This document shows positions 21,049 through 31,793 of a stretch of DNA of 32,000 nt, piece after piece. Within the stretch, counting starts at the first letter, position 1. The number at the start of each line of letters is the position of its first letter. The DNA comes from Wallemia ichthyophaga EXF-994 (taxonomy: Eukaryota > Fungi > Basidiomycota). The notes under the pieces were generated by a model. The model saw only the letters and a list, made by a program, of their open reading frames with translations. It had not been told where the DNA came from and made no database searches. The DNA lies in the NCBI RefSeq assembly GCF_000400465.1, contig NW_008806278.1:30001-62000 (forward strand), in the 5' to 3' direction. The translations under genes were made by a program, and so were the position numbers.

Positions 21049-21056
21049 TATAAAAG
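21049..21056 (+). promoter_or_regulatory. TATA box of the CFEM gene
   Basis: TATAAAAG about 52 bp upstream of ATG 21108. Confidence 0.5.
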
Positions 21057-21107
21057 ACGGGCTGGGCATCGTCTCTTAGATTATAACATCGAAACGTCCA
21101 CCACGCA

Positions 21108-21978
21108 ATGCTCTCTATCAAATTCGCTGCCATCGCCGCACTGATTGCCTTGGCCCAAGCATCGCCACTGAGGCGCCACGACGACGGGCAAGGCCATCAA
21201 CAGGCGCAACAGGCGCTCGCATCCGGCGACCAGTGCTTGCAGAACTGCTTCCTTACCGCAATCGTCAGTGTTGGCGCTACAGCTGGCTGCAACAATGGGA
21301 ATGGTGGGTAATTGGTGAAAATTATCACTCACACACAACTCACACAATTCACGCACTCCAGACTACGCCTCTCAAGCCATCTGCTACTGCCGTACACCAG
21401 GGCTGGGCGACGCCTACTCGCGCTGTTTGGAGAGATGCCCCGCGGGCGACTTCGACCAGGGACAGCAGCTGCGCGATAAGGTGTGTGCTGCCGCGAATGG
21501 AGGCGGAAATCATGCGCACGAGAAAGAGGGGCACGACAAAGAGGGTCACCAGCATGAGCATGAGCATGAGCACGGTCATGAGCACAACCAGAAACCAGGT
21601 GTGCAAGTCGCCGGTATTATCGCCAGCTCTGTCCCGCAAGCTCAGGGAAATCTGGGGCAGTATGCGAGTGTCGCAAGTGCTGCTGGTGCTGCCAGTGCTA
21701 GTGCACCTACCCAAGCCACCCAAGCAACTCAACCTGAGACAGTAGCCGCTTCGACTACCTACACGTCCTCACAGACGGATTCGTACTCGCACGCTTCCTC
21801 CTCAGCCTCCTCAACCTCGTCGCAAACGTTCCTCACGCCGACTAAATCTTACTCTTCAACGGCCAGCCCTTCCAGTACGGTGAACGACCTCGATGATTTG
21901 GATAGCGGCGCTGTTTCGAGTCAAGTGAGCTGGAGTATCGCTATTGCGTCTACCCTTGTGCTCTGCTTTGTGGTGTAG
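21108..21978 (+). CDS. GPI-anchored CFEM-domain cell-surface protein with a His-rich tract, 2 exons
   Basis: Intron 21304-21361 assembles CLQNCFLTAIVSVGATAGCNNGNDYASQAICYCRTPGLGDAYSRCLERCPAGDFDQGQQLRDKVC. This has 8 Cys in CFEM spacing with an Asp before CxC. Signal peptide, His tract, Ser/Thr stalk and a DSG + hydrophobic C-terminus (GPI signal). Confidence 0.8.
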
Positions 21979-22214
21979 GAGGTGTAGCGGTGTCTCACTG
22001 ACTAATTTCACTCAACGCGATCACTTTCACTCTTACTCACTCTTACTCAATTCCCCGTCAACGGAATCGGATGGATCAACTGACGGCCTCTCTACTCTAC
22101 CACTCTACTAATAGCAAGACAAAATTCAAGTAAAAATTTAAAAGATGAAACAAAAAACGATATAATGATACAACATGATTCCTTTGTAGTACCTTAATAT
22201 GTTTAGTAATCAAT

Positions 22215-23339
22215 TCATTTAAGCGCATAAGTGAGGAGCTCGTTATATATCGGTTCGTTATGCTGGATAGCGTCCTCGACCTCTTTAGGCAACTCAATAG
22301 AATCACGCTTAACGGGTTTAAAACCGGTGCTATTCTGCGCGTCCTCGTGAAAACCTTTCCACTTATCGAACTCTCCAATACGCTGTGCCTTCCAATGGAG
22401 CATGTTCTCCTCGAACGGTATGCCGAGGGAGGTACAAAACGCTCTGAGAGTGTCCTCAGGAGCGTTGACCAAGTCGTCGCTATCAATCAGCGCGATCTGA
22501 CAATCATTGTAGAGATGCTTGATGTATTTCTGTGGTGCACCCGCGCATTCTTTGTCAGCACTCCCCCCACATATATACACACACACTCCCACTCACAACC
22601 ATCGCCAACAGCTCCGCAAAACCCGCCTCGTCTGGGTCAAAATCGCCAAAATCGCCGCAGTCGTTGTCGAGTATAGCACGGTAGTACGACGTAATCGCTT
22701 TGCGCGGCGAGCGGACCAAGAAGGCGTATCTGAATTCGCCAAGCTGCTCATCGGATAGGACAGTCGGGTTGATGCCTGCAAATGCCATCATCTCTGGCTT
22801 GACGAGGTCTACGAGGATGTCAGATGACACGAGTAGCCACCAAAGCCACAGTAGCCACAAATTCAACTCACAGCTAGCCATGTCCTTGATGAAGACCAGT
22901 CGCGTAGGGTCCTCAGCAGCCTTCCCTTTGATCTCATCGATGCGATTCTGGTACGTCGTGTGTGCATGGCCTGATTGCTCTCGCTGTGCGTCCGTGTAGC
23001 GCGTAGACAAACGCTCAGGACCGTAGTAGTATGGCTATGAAAGTATTTAGAGTTTGTTTGTTCAGTTTATCCCACCTACCTCCCCGAATGGCTTTGGAAA
23101 CGTAAATTAGTATGTCTCTAGATAACCTCCTACTCCTAACTCACCTCATGAAAACAGACGCAATTGGTACGCTGTATAAACGCCCTCTCGAGCGCTGTTG
23201 ATGTCGATCTGATTGATAGTTGTGAGATTGATTGTTCCTTGGATTTGTGGAGCGTAGCTTTCTGCGCCACAACGCTACAGCGCTACAAAGGTGCTCACCT
23301 CGGTACAGATAGTGTGAGGATTGGTTTATTGATTGTCAT
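22215..23339 (-). CDS. Sulfotransferase-like P-loop protein of unknown function (family also found at the N-terminus of plant BCAT-like proteins), 6 exons
   Basis: Introns 23209-23298, 23092-23144, 23035-23079, 22809-22871, 22530-22596; 12-nt micro-exon 23080-23091. Spliced MTINKPILTLSVPRSTSTALERAFIQR...HEPFGEPYYYGPERLSTRY...FIKDMASYL...FLVRSPRKAITSYYR...FDPDEAGF...LIDSDDLVNAPE...FCTSLGIPFEENMLHW...KWKGFHEDAQNSTGF. Confidence 0.8.
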
Positions 23340-23704
23340 TGTAGATGTTGGTGTTAGCGCTGACGCTCAAACATTATTTTGCAGCTGACAAGTTTTATTA
23401 ATATTGCCCTGATGACCTCAGTATCTAGGCATCTTTAATCTTTGTGTGTGCCGCAGTGTGATTATCGTGGACTTTAGAGTATACACCGTATACGATTCGT
23501 TGGCACATTTGCACATTGCCTGCCAAAATTTTCACGCACCCCAATTCCTCAAAAGTGTAAGAATTAATCATCGTAATGCTACAAAGTATCCGTTTATTTG
23601 CGTTTTGGCAGCACAGGTTGTGCATTTTGTCTGTTTTCTATTTTTGTACATTTTGAAGTCAAAGAGTGCGCGAGTGGAGTGAGAGAATGGTATACGAGTG
23701 GCTT

Positions 23705-25189
23705 CTACGTTGCGGCAGAATTATCCGCACAAGAGAACGGAGAGCCAACGGTACCGTCATCGAACGACTGCTTGATCCCGACAATTGTACCGTACGCGCC
23801 AGATACACAGAGGAATGCGCCTAATGTGATGAGGAAGATGGCCCAAGCTAACTTACATCTGAAGAAGAGCGAGGTGTTTGTTTTGATATTGTGGCGATTT
23901 ATATCGAGCCACATCATCGCGGGCAGACCGATGCAGAAAAGTGAAGCGAACAGGCTACCGACGAGTCCGAGAAGGGAGTCAAAGAAGGGAATTGCGTTTG
24001 CGACGACGAAGCAAAACACCACCACACAAGCTACCGTGCCGAGCCACACTCCCCAGTGGATCATAGTGGGCTCGACGAGATGCTTGGTACCTCTCATCAT
24101 CCTCACGAAGACCTGCTTGCTGGCGAAATGTGCGTAAAGAAGTCCAGAAACGAGAAGAGCGGGGATGGAAATACCGTAAGAGATCTTCTGGAATATCTCA
24201 CCAGCCGTACCGAGGGCGGGAGAGGTGATGTATTGTCCGCCGTAGTACCAGAGGATGATACTGGTGATAAAGTAGAATGCGACACTAAAAACCTGCTGCG
24301 AATGAACAGCCTTATAATAGTCACGTTCAGGGTCACGCATTTCCGAGTAAATGGCTGGGTAAGAAGGAGTGCCTGCGTAAGCAAAGAGAATATTGACTAC
24401 TGCGTTCATAGAGCTTGCAAATCCGGCGGAAGGCCCTGCAGACAGCTTCTTGTCGAATACAGCAGCCTCGTTGCCTTTAGCGGGACCAGCTTGAGCGGTT
24501 GCAATAACAACTATCATTACAGACACGACAATGCAGAACATGGCCACCCAGCCTGCCCAAGATATGTGGTCGAGCTTGCGCATTGTTGCAACGATAAAGA
24601 CAGCAACAGCCGCTATGCCGACGTACCCCACAGTACAAATACGCATACCCTCGCCAAGCGTGTTGAAGGCGATGGAGAGTGAGAGCATCGAGGAGGCCGA
24701 AATAAGCGTCATGAAGAGAAAGTAGCAAATGGAGATAATTGTGAAAGCGATGTTACCAACGACGCCTTTTCCAAATAATACGTGCGATGTGTCTGGCGTC
24801 GAATGCACCGATGGATGGGCTTGTTTAAATTTACCAGACGTATGATTCGACCACGCCGTGATCAAACCGAGGCCAAAGAGGACAACAAGGCCAACAGCCG
24901 CACCAAGCGTCTGCAGGGCAGCTGGAATAGACAGCACACCTAATCCGATTTGGGTCTGTGTGATGTTAGCGGGTGCTAAAAACACAGACTAATACGATAG
25001 ACTGACCTTGGTCATTACAACACTCGCTCTAATCCAACCAGTGGTTCTAAAGTTGGTGACATTCTCTGAGGATCCATTCACTGCGAAGACATCCTTCTCG
25101 CCGCTATCCTCGACATCGCGCACGACGGTGGAAGACACTGGCTCCTCTGCCTTGTAATCATTGCTTTTGTCTGAAACGTTTGTGGACAT
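23705..25189 (-). CDS. AAAP (Aa_trans) family neutral amino-acid permease, Mtr-like, 2 exons
   Basis: Intron 24956-25006 joins GWIRASVVMTK|TQIGLGVLSIP. About 11 hydrophobic segments, FAYAGTPSYPAIYSEMRDP, and C-terminal GSPFSCADNS. Confidence 0.9.
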
Positions 25190-25191
25190 GT

Positions 25192-25481
25192 TGATAGTTG
25201 TAAGATAACCCCGCACTCGATTTACTCACAAGCGATTCACTCGCTCGCTAAGAGACACAATCACTGATAACATGACCCGCGTTTACGCGAGGAGATATCT
25301 GCTGTTTTATTTGGTGATTTGCAGACCCAGGAATGCTTATGTAGTCTATCAAGCTCTTAGTCTCATTTCAATCCCATAACTCTGCCTTCTTCGTCCGGGA
25401 CTTCGGAGACATAAGACATCAGGAACTCCACTCTATAAATCTCTCGTTTCCATCTTATCAGCTGATATAGTGTGCTTATCA
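25192..25481. promoter_or_regulatory. Cluster of six HGATAR sites upstream of the amino-acid permease (candidate AreA/Gat1 nitrogen regulation)
   Basis: Sites at 25192, 25203, 25265, 25346, 25455 and 25476 on either strand. Roughly one is expected by chance in 290 bp; the two nearest the ATG may be in the 5' UTR. Confidence 0.4.
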
Positions 25482-25820
25482 TCACCAGATACCGCCACCT
25501 CACTTGACTGAATCACGCCTCTACTCCTGTGCCAAAAGCTAAGTCTGTGATTGTACACGGGTAATATACGCACATATCTCTGTAGTATGTGCAGCCTTTT
25601 CAAACCTCAATTCCTTCCATTTCCGGTAATACTACAAGTGCCACAGCTGGTGAAATCTTTCCGCGATTATATCGGAAATTTTATTTCCCAGGGACACCTT
25701 GCACTCTATTCAGCACTGAATTTAAGCGTAAGTAGCAGTGGATCCGATGCACTTCACCTCCGCACACACCCGCAAAAGACGGGAAAGATAAATAAATGAT
25801 GTAAATACATATTCACAAGG

Positions 25821-26544
25821 CTAGCTACCCAGGTTATTAAGGCCACCTTGAGTGCCAGCTATTTTCTTATGGTCGGAGGGGTTGGCTGGGTTAATGGGTG
25901 GTGAGTGATATTCAAAGCCCTCAAAATACACCTACCAAATGCCTCATAAGTCGTTATGACAGGCTCACTCTTAAGCTCCGTCCAGCTCCCTTTGAAGCCA
26001 ACAAAGAAAATTTGAGTGACGTCGGCGCCAAAATTATCAGCGAAAAAGAGAGTGAGATGGGTAGATGAGTTAAATTTGGCTATTCTACGGAGTAATTACT
26101 GGGTCAGTCGTGATATTCTACTGAAATCACTACCCACTTCACTGGATACTCGATACACTCGGAGCTCTCGACTAACTCGATGGTCTGCGTGGGTGCTGGC
26201 TCATTATCGAGGTCGCCGAAATCAAGAAATTGATTAGCGTAGATTTTCAGCGTCCGCGGCGCCTTCTCTCCAAGACCACCCTTCACCAGGACCGACTTGA
26301 GCTTGACGGAGGCTGTGAAGGGCACCCTCAGTACCAGCTGTTCATCTGCATCGCTGTGGAGTGATACGTCCATGTCATCGCGCTGATCCCACTCCTTTAT
26401 CACGTCACGCGGTGGCACGCTCTCGTCAGTGTTGAGGGACGTCACATTAGGCCGGTCGACGACGCCAAAGAGATTCTCGTGGTCTACGCCGCTGCTAGGA
26501 TGTGGGTCGTGTGTGTGGTTGGAATCGTTGCAACTGCAGCTCAT
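25821..26544 (-). CDS. PITHD1: PITH domain-containing protein, 3 exons
   Basis: Introns 26085-26137 and 25886-25935. Protein: SDADEQLVLRVPFTASVKLKSVLV...P..LKIYAN..LDF...EYPVKIAKFNSSTHLTLFFADNFGADVTQIFFVGFKGSWT...YEAFANPSDHKKI. Confidence 0.9.
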
Positions 26545-26582
26545 CGTTGTGGCAAGTCACGACAGCTACCACGATCACCACC

Positions 26583-27458
26583 ATGTCATCATCATTGGAT
26601 ATAGCTTCCACCTACACTCTCCCAGCCGGGAACAATATCCCTGTACTCCAATTGGGCGTGTACAAGTCCCCAGCAGACGTTACGCACAGGAGTGTTCAGT
26701 CAGCCATCCAACTCGGTTACAGAGGCGTGGACACAGCGCAGTACTATGCAAATGAGTCTGAAGCCGGTTCTGCCATTAGAGAATCAGGCAAAAACATATT
26801 CATCACGTCGAAAATCATGGATTCAGCTGGCGATGTTGATGCCAATTACGCCAAATGCCTCGAGTCCGTAAACAAGATCAACGTCGGCGCTGTGGATCTC
26901 TTTCTCATCCACTCCCCACGCTACCCCAACGGCGCACAAGACCGCAAGGCTGTGTGGTTGGCGTTGGAGCGATTGGCCAAGGAGGGACGCGTCAAAGCGA
27001 TTGGCGTATCAAATTACGGCGTCAAGCATCTTAAAGAGCTAGAGGAGTATGCATCCCTTCCAATCAGCGTCAACCAGATTGAGCTCCATCCATGGAATCA
27101 AATGAACGATATCGTCACCTACTGCAAGCAAAAGGGGATAGTCGTTGAGGCTTACTGCCCTCTCGTGCGCGGCAGGAAGGCTGACGATGCGCATCTTGTG
27201 AAGATCGCTGAGCAGACTGGCAAATCTTGGGCTCAGGTGTTGGTGAGATGGTCACTTCAGAGAGGATTCGTTGTGCTGCCAAAGTGGGTGAATTAAATTC
27301 CAAGAGGCTTATTGACGTATTACAGGTCAGACAACGCAGATCGCCAGAAGCTCAACGCTGACGTCTTTGATTTCGAGTTGAGTGATGATCAAATGACGCT
27401 GCTTAATGGTTTAGATGCGGGTGAACACATTGCGCCATGTCCAATTGATTGTGATTAA
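26583..27458 (+). CDS. Aldo-keto reductase (AKR5 / 2,5-DKG reductase-like), 2 exons
   Basis: LGVY, catalytic DTAQYY, FITSK, DLFLIHSP, IGVSNY, NQIELHPW. Intron 27284-27325 restores VLPK|S; ends ADVFDFELS...PIDCD*. Confidence 0.92.
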
Positions 27459-27519
27459 ATTACCTGCCTGATGAATTCTGTATCTCTCCATTTCTCCATC
27501 TTCCATACCACCACCACCG

Positions 27520-30500
27520 ATGATCTCAATCGAAGACGATCTCGACGAGCGGCAAGGCAGGCAGTCCAATCCACAGCTGGAGCCATTCGACACGTTCCTC
27601 GATTTCGACTACACAGACGACGACACGCTGCCGAATGAGCTAAACGAATTCTACTCGTATGTCGACGTGCGCAGTGTGCTCGACAACAAGCACGAGTGGC
27701 AGGTTGGGGAGTGTGGCAGCTGGCGTGACAAGCCGCTTGACCACCGCCAATCACTCATAAAGGACCTTCTAAGCGCCATCAACGCCGATAAGCTGTCAGA
27801 GCGCTTGAGAGCATCGCGCAAGCTGCTTTATTTATTCCAAGGCACCTTTAGCGAAGCCCGTAACTCCAGGCATCAGCTAGAGTGCATTATTGATAACGTG
27901 CACCTGATTAGACTGTGCGGTGGTCTTCAGAGCGTTACTCAGGCACTGCAGGCCGCTGTCTCGTTCCATGCCGTCGTGCACTCCGAATACGCTCACCTCG
28001 CTGAACCTGATTTTGTCGAGCAGCTCAATATCGAACTTGGCGGTTACATGGAGATGCTTTACTACATGGTGCAGATACTGCGCGACGACAACTCGTTTGC
28101 TGAGGATCTGAGTGGGTGAGCGTGCTCATGTACACCTTTTCTAATTCCTCTCAAGTGCACCTCGATCCTTCTCTGCCCACTTATCTATTCAGCCTTCTGT
28201 CTGGCCTGCGCGATAAGACGGCCAAGGGCTATCCCGTGAAGAAGGTGCGTAGATGTGATATTCTTCAGTCACTTAATTACACACTAACACACAATAGCTC
28301 CTTTTGCTGCTCTGGAAGACACTCCTCGTCGTCCTCGGCGGCTGGAAAGATATCGACCGAATCAAAGAGCTCTCATACGACCTCTTTAGCTGCAGCCTTG
28401 CCACCAAAGACGACAACACGATCGTTAAGAGCAATCCAGTCGACCTGCAGCAGTTTTTCACACAGACTTCTCTCAAATACCCCACCTACAAGCCCAATGC
28501 GCAGCCACTACCACTCAACGGTCTCGCTCTAGCATCTGCACCAGCTCCGCTGAAAACGAGTGCTCCGAAACAAGATCTCCCTAGTGCGTTCGCCGTCGGT
28601 CCCACAGTTTCAGGTGGGAACTCTTCCAATATAAACACAGCAGCACCAGAAGCAATGCCAGGGACTCCCCTTCCCACTCCTCCACCGTCACCGGCGCCAG
28701 GCTCTAAACTTAAAAAGACACAGTTCCAAACTGATCAGACAAAGCCATTCATATTCCCCTTCTCAGAGAATACCTCATCGGTACCGACATCCATCGACGA
28801 AGCAGGACGACTGTATGCTGCGCATATGCACGTCCCCATATCACTCTGGCAGACGCATCAAATTCGCAAAGACTTTGTGCGCAGTCTGGGCTATACCAAC
28901 CGCTATGCTGAGATCGCTGAGGCGGAGGGGGAAAAAGGGAGTGAGAGCAATACGGGAGAGGATATAGGAGCACCTGTTGATGAATTTGACGCGTCATCCA
29001 TAGCCTCCCAACTACACCCCTACCTCCACGCCGACAACAGAGTGTACATGGCCAAACTGATGCGTATCGAAATGCTCTACCGCGAAATACTCCCCTACCT
29101 TCACAACTGCGTAATAGTACTGCTCAAGCTGCTCTTAGCCACGCTCAATTCGCAGAACACAACGCTGCACCACGATGGCGAGCACCCCTCCCTATCCCTC
29201 GACGAGATGGATGTTGCGCGCCATCGCGAGATAACGAGCAAGGCTGTGAGTGCTATTGTACTCCTTCTCCTCAAATGGTTCAAGGTGTCGCATGTGATGA
29301 AGTTCCAGTGGCTGTCTACACTCCTCGTAGACAGTAATTGCATCCTCCTCATGTTGAAAATGTATGGCTTCCAGGATGTCTTGAGTATGATGCGCACGCA
29401 ACATGAGGTGGAGGATCTCAATTTCTTCAACTATTGTGCGGCGAACGGCAAAAACAACGATAATGGGGCTATCAATAGCAACACTAACACCAGCATCCAT
29501 CCACCTCATCGCAAAGTGCCCTCCATCAATAGCAACGATGGTATACCAGATTTCGAAACTTTCGAGAAACCCGATACACGCAGCTATAGTTGGCGTAATC
29601 TGTTTGCGACTATCAACTTTATGCGCATTGTGCAGAAACTCAGCAAGAAGCGGACTCACAGGTTGTTGTTGCTGGTGCAGTACAAGAGTAGTGTAAGAGA
29701 TGGTATAATGAGACGGCTGTGTGGTTTTACTGACAATATGACCAACAGGCCATGCTGAAGCGGCTGTTACGCATCTCTGAGCCGCGCTTGCAGCTGTATG
29801 TGCTCAAAATTATTAAGGGACAGGTGCCATACTACGGACGTAAATGGAGACAGTGTGCGTGAAGTTGTTTTTTTTTTGCGGTGGCGTACAAACAAAACTA
29901 ACGTGCACACCGCCAGCTAATATGAAAGTCATTACCGCTATCTATCTCAATTGCAGACCTGAATTGAGAGACGAGTGGTTGGCTAGTGCGGATGTCGATC
30001 AGGAGATTGAGGATTCGCTGGTGGGTTGTGTTTAAATTGATGAGTCAAGCTGACACTAGTGCAAGCCCCAAGAGCAATCTTTGCGAGCATTTGTGAAATT
30101 CTGTGGGTGTAGCTAATGATAGGAGCTCAAAAACGTCTAACCACACATCAAGACAACGAGAAGTATTACAAGTAAGTATACATGACTTCTTACAATCACT
30201 ATCCTCAACTCACAATCCACACAAGCACACCCGGTGGACAGACACAGCACGTCGACGTAGATGCTGCACCAGCGAAGGAGAGGCGCTCGCATTCGCAATC
30301 GCAATCGCAGTCACACTCACACGAGAAAGCACACGAGGAATCGCCGTCACACCCGCACTCAGATGACGCCAAGGCAGATGATATCTACGACATGCACGAG
30401 TACGACGACATCATGGAGGATATATTGGGAGGAGTTGAGGGTGACTCGTTCGATGCGCAAGGTCTCGACCATGTGCTGAAGGAGCTCAACCTGCACCATC

Positions 30501-30981
30501 TCGAAAAAGGCTCGGATGCATGGCACAAGCTCAACACCTTCCTCGGGGTGGATCAGACTTACGAGGATGTGAGCGATAGCGAGAGGTGAGTGGAGAGTTG
30601 ATTTGGTTCTTATGTGCTGCAGCTATGCTAACGTGCCTTTACAGCGTTGTGTCAGTTGGTGATCTGGGATATAGGCGTGGTGGAGAAGAACAAGACGAGA
30701 ACGGTAAACACGGTGAGCGTGGAGAGCCTGGTGGAGAGGATGAAAGCGGTTCACAGAGGGGCTTGAACGACTGGGAACATATCAGCGCTCAAACCCTCTC
30801 TCAACTCCCTCCGTCGCCTAATCGAGCACTCAAGTCGCCGCAGAATGAATCCTCTCACCTCAATGAACACCCCGGCGAACAGGATCTCTCACCGCCGCCA
30901 GGTAGTCCGAAGCCATTGCCTTTTGCAGGCGGTGCCAATGGCATTGGGGTCGATGAGGTTGAGTTTTTGTATGGAGAGTGA
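27520..30981 (+). CDS. FAR11: Far11/STRIP1 (HAM-2/PRO22) STRIPAK scaffold, 9 exons
   Basis: Introns 28112-28155, 28245-28297, 29693-29748, 29855-29916, 30021-30065, 30103-30152, 30172-30225, 30586-30644 give one frame. Motifs FDYTDDDT..NELNEFYSY, GYPVKKLLLLLWK, PFIFPFS..VPTSIDEAG, DVARHREITSKAVSAI.LLLLKWFKVSHVMKF, SWRNLFATINF, YKSSAMLKR.L, WRQSNMKVITAIYLNCRPELRDEWL. Confidence 0.92.
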
Positions 30982-31171
30982 AAGAAAAAGCGGGAGTGAT
31001 ATTTGAATGAGAATGAGAATGCCAGTGTGTACTTGTACAATTTCGAGTGATACTAAAGGTAACATCAAAATTTTGAGTGCCCGTCATTGTTCATGTGATT
31101 GTGTATTTGCGTAAAGGGTATATGTCAAGCTTAGTGTGTTATTTGTGTATTGTTTCCATTCTAGCCTTCTT

Positions 31172-31667
31172 CTATCCGAGATAAAACTCAATAAAAAGCA
31201 TGACGACAAAGAGAAGAAAGACAGTAGTGATCTTGGGACGTAGAAGCTCCTCGCCGGATTCTAGCTGGCGATTTACGGATACACTCCTTGTGTCTCCTAG
31301 TTGGTTCTCGCTGGGTTCCTCGCTACGTTCGACACACTCGTCGATAAGAAGATTGATATCCTTATTTGCATCAACCACCCACGCCTTATTACCATAGTCG
31401 TATGCCTTGCAACCATCATCGCACTCGATCAAGTCACTTGTGTTGTGCGCCACCAGACGCGAATTGTTAACGTAGAGCCCAGAAACTGGCACTGTGCGGT
31501 TGAAGCAGACTTGGTGTAATAGTTGCGTGCGCATTTCTCCGCAGTGCTTGATGACGTGATTTGATGATGGTTGATCGAATCGGCTTTATATGCACAATTT
31601 TAATTTCCTCAGGAACGCACAGTGTCAACAAGAAATGGATTCCCAGACGGTGTCTAGAGTGTGTCAT
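31172..31667 (-). CDS. Hypothetical tail-anchored membrane protein
   Basis: ORF 31172-31534 ends in a hydrophobic tail (ITTVFLLFVVMLFIEFYLG*). It can be extended in frame to ATG 31667 through a putative 37-bp intron 31584-31620 (GTGCGT..AAAG, weak branch site). No family recognised. Confidence 0.45.
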
Positions 31668-31690
31668 GAGTGCATGGTATGGAATTCGAT

Positions 31691-31722
31691 AATGCAACAA
31701 TGCAACAATGCAACAATGCGAC
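31691..31722 (+). repeat. 8-bp tandem repeat (AATGCAAC)3 plus one degenerate copy
   Basis: aatgcaac aatgcaac aatgcaac aatgcgac read directly from the sequence. Confidence 0.8.
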
Positions 31723-31793
31723 ATTGCCAGTGCAAATTTCCGCGATAACTTTAGAATTTTGCATGAGATTTGTACAGGGATAAATTACTAACA

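Noticed and set aside
23598-24682. Long plus-strand ORFs (179 and 208 aa) antisense to the permease
   Set aside because: Shadow ORFs fully inside a well-supported gene on the opposite strand, with no recognisable motifs. The same applies to 67-462, 539-898, 1304-1783, 11591-12184, 16101-16652, 18715-19197 and 29192-29659.
25482-25820. Possible tRNA, snoRNA or small gene (82-aa plus ORF 25551-25799) in the largest intergenic gap
   Set aside because: No cloverleaf, A/B boxes or clear C/D pair found by eye, and the ORF has a non-ATG start. A tRNAscan-SE/Infernal run would be needed to exclude ncRNA formally.
26502-26582. N-terminal extension of the AKR ORF (MGRVCGW...)
   Set aside because: Non-ATG start that overlaps the PITH CDS. 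ATG 26583 has a CACC-ATG context and a normal AKR N-terminus.
30280-30360. His/Ser/Gln-rich stretch (SHSQSQSQSHSHEKAHEE) in the Far11 tail as another metal-binding tract
   Set aside because: Cytosolic low-complexity region encoded by a (TCGCAA)n microsatellite-like run; typical disordered tail.
25658-31746. Identical 10-mer TTTCCGCGAT at 25658 and 31737
   Set aside because: Many chance 10-mer matches are expected within 32 kb; no wider similarity.
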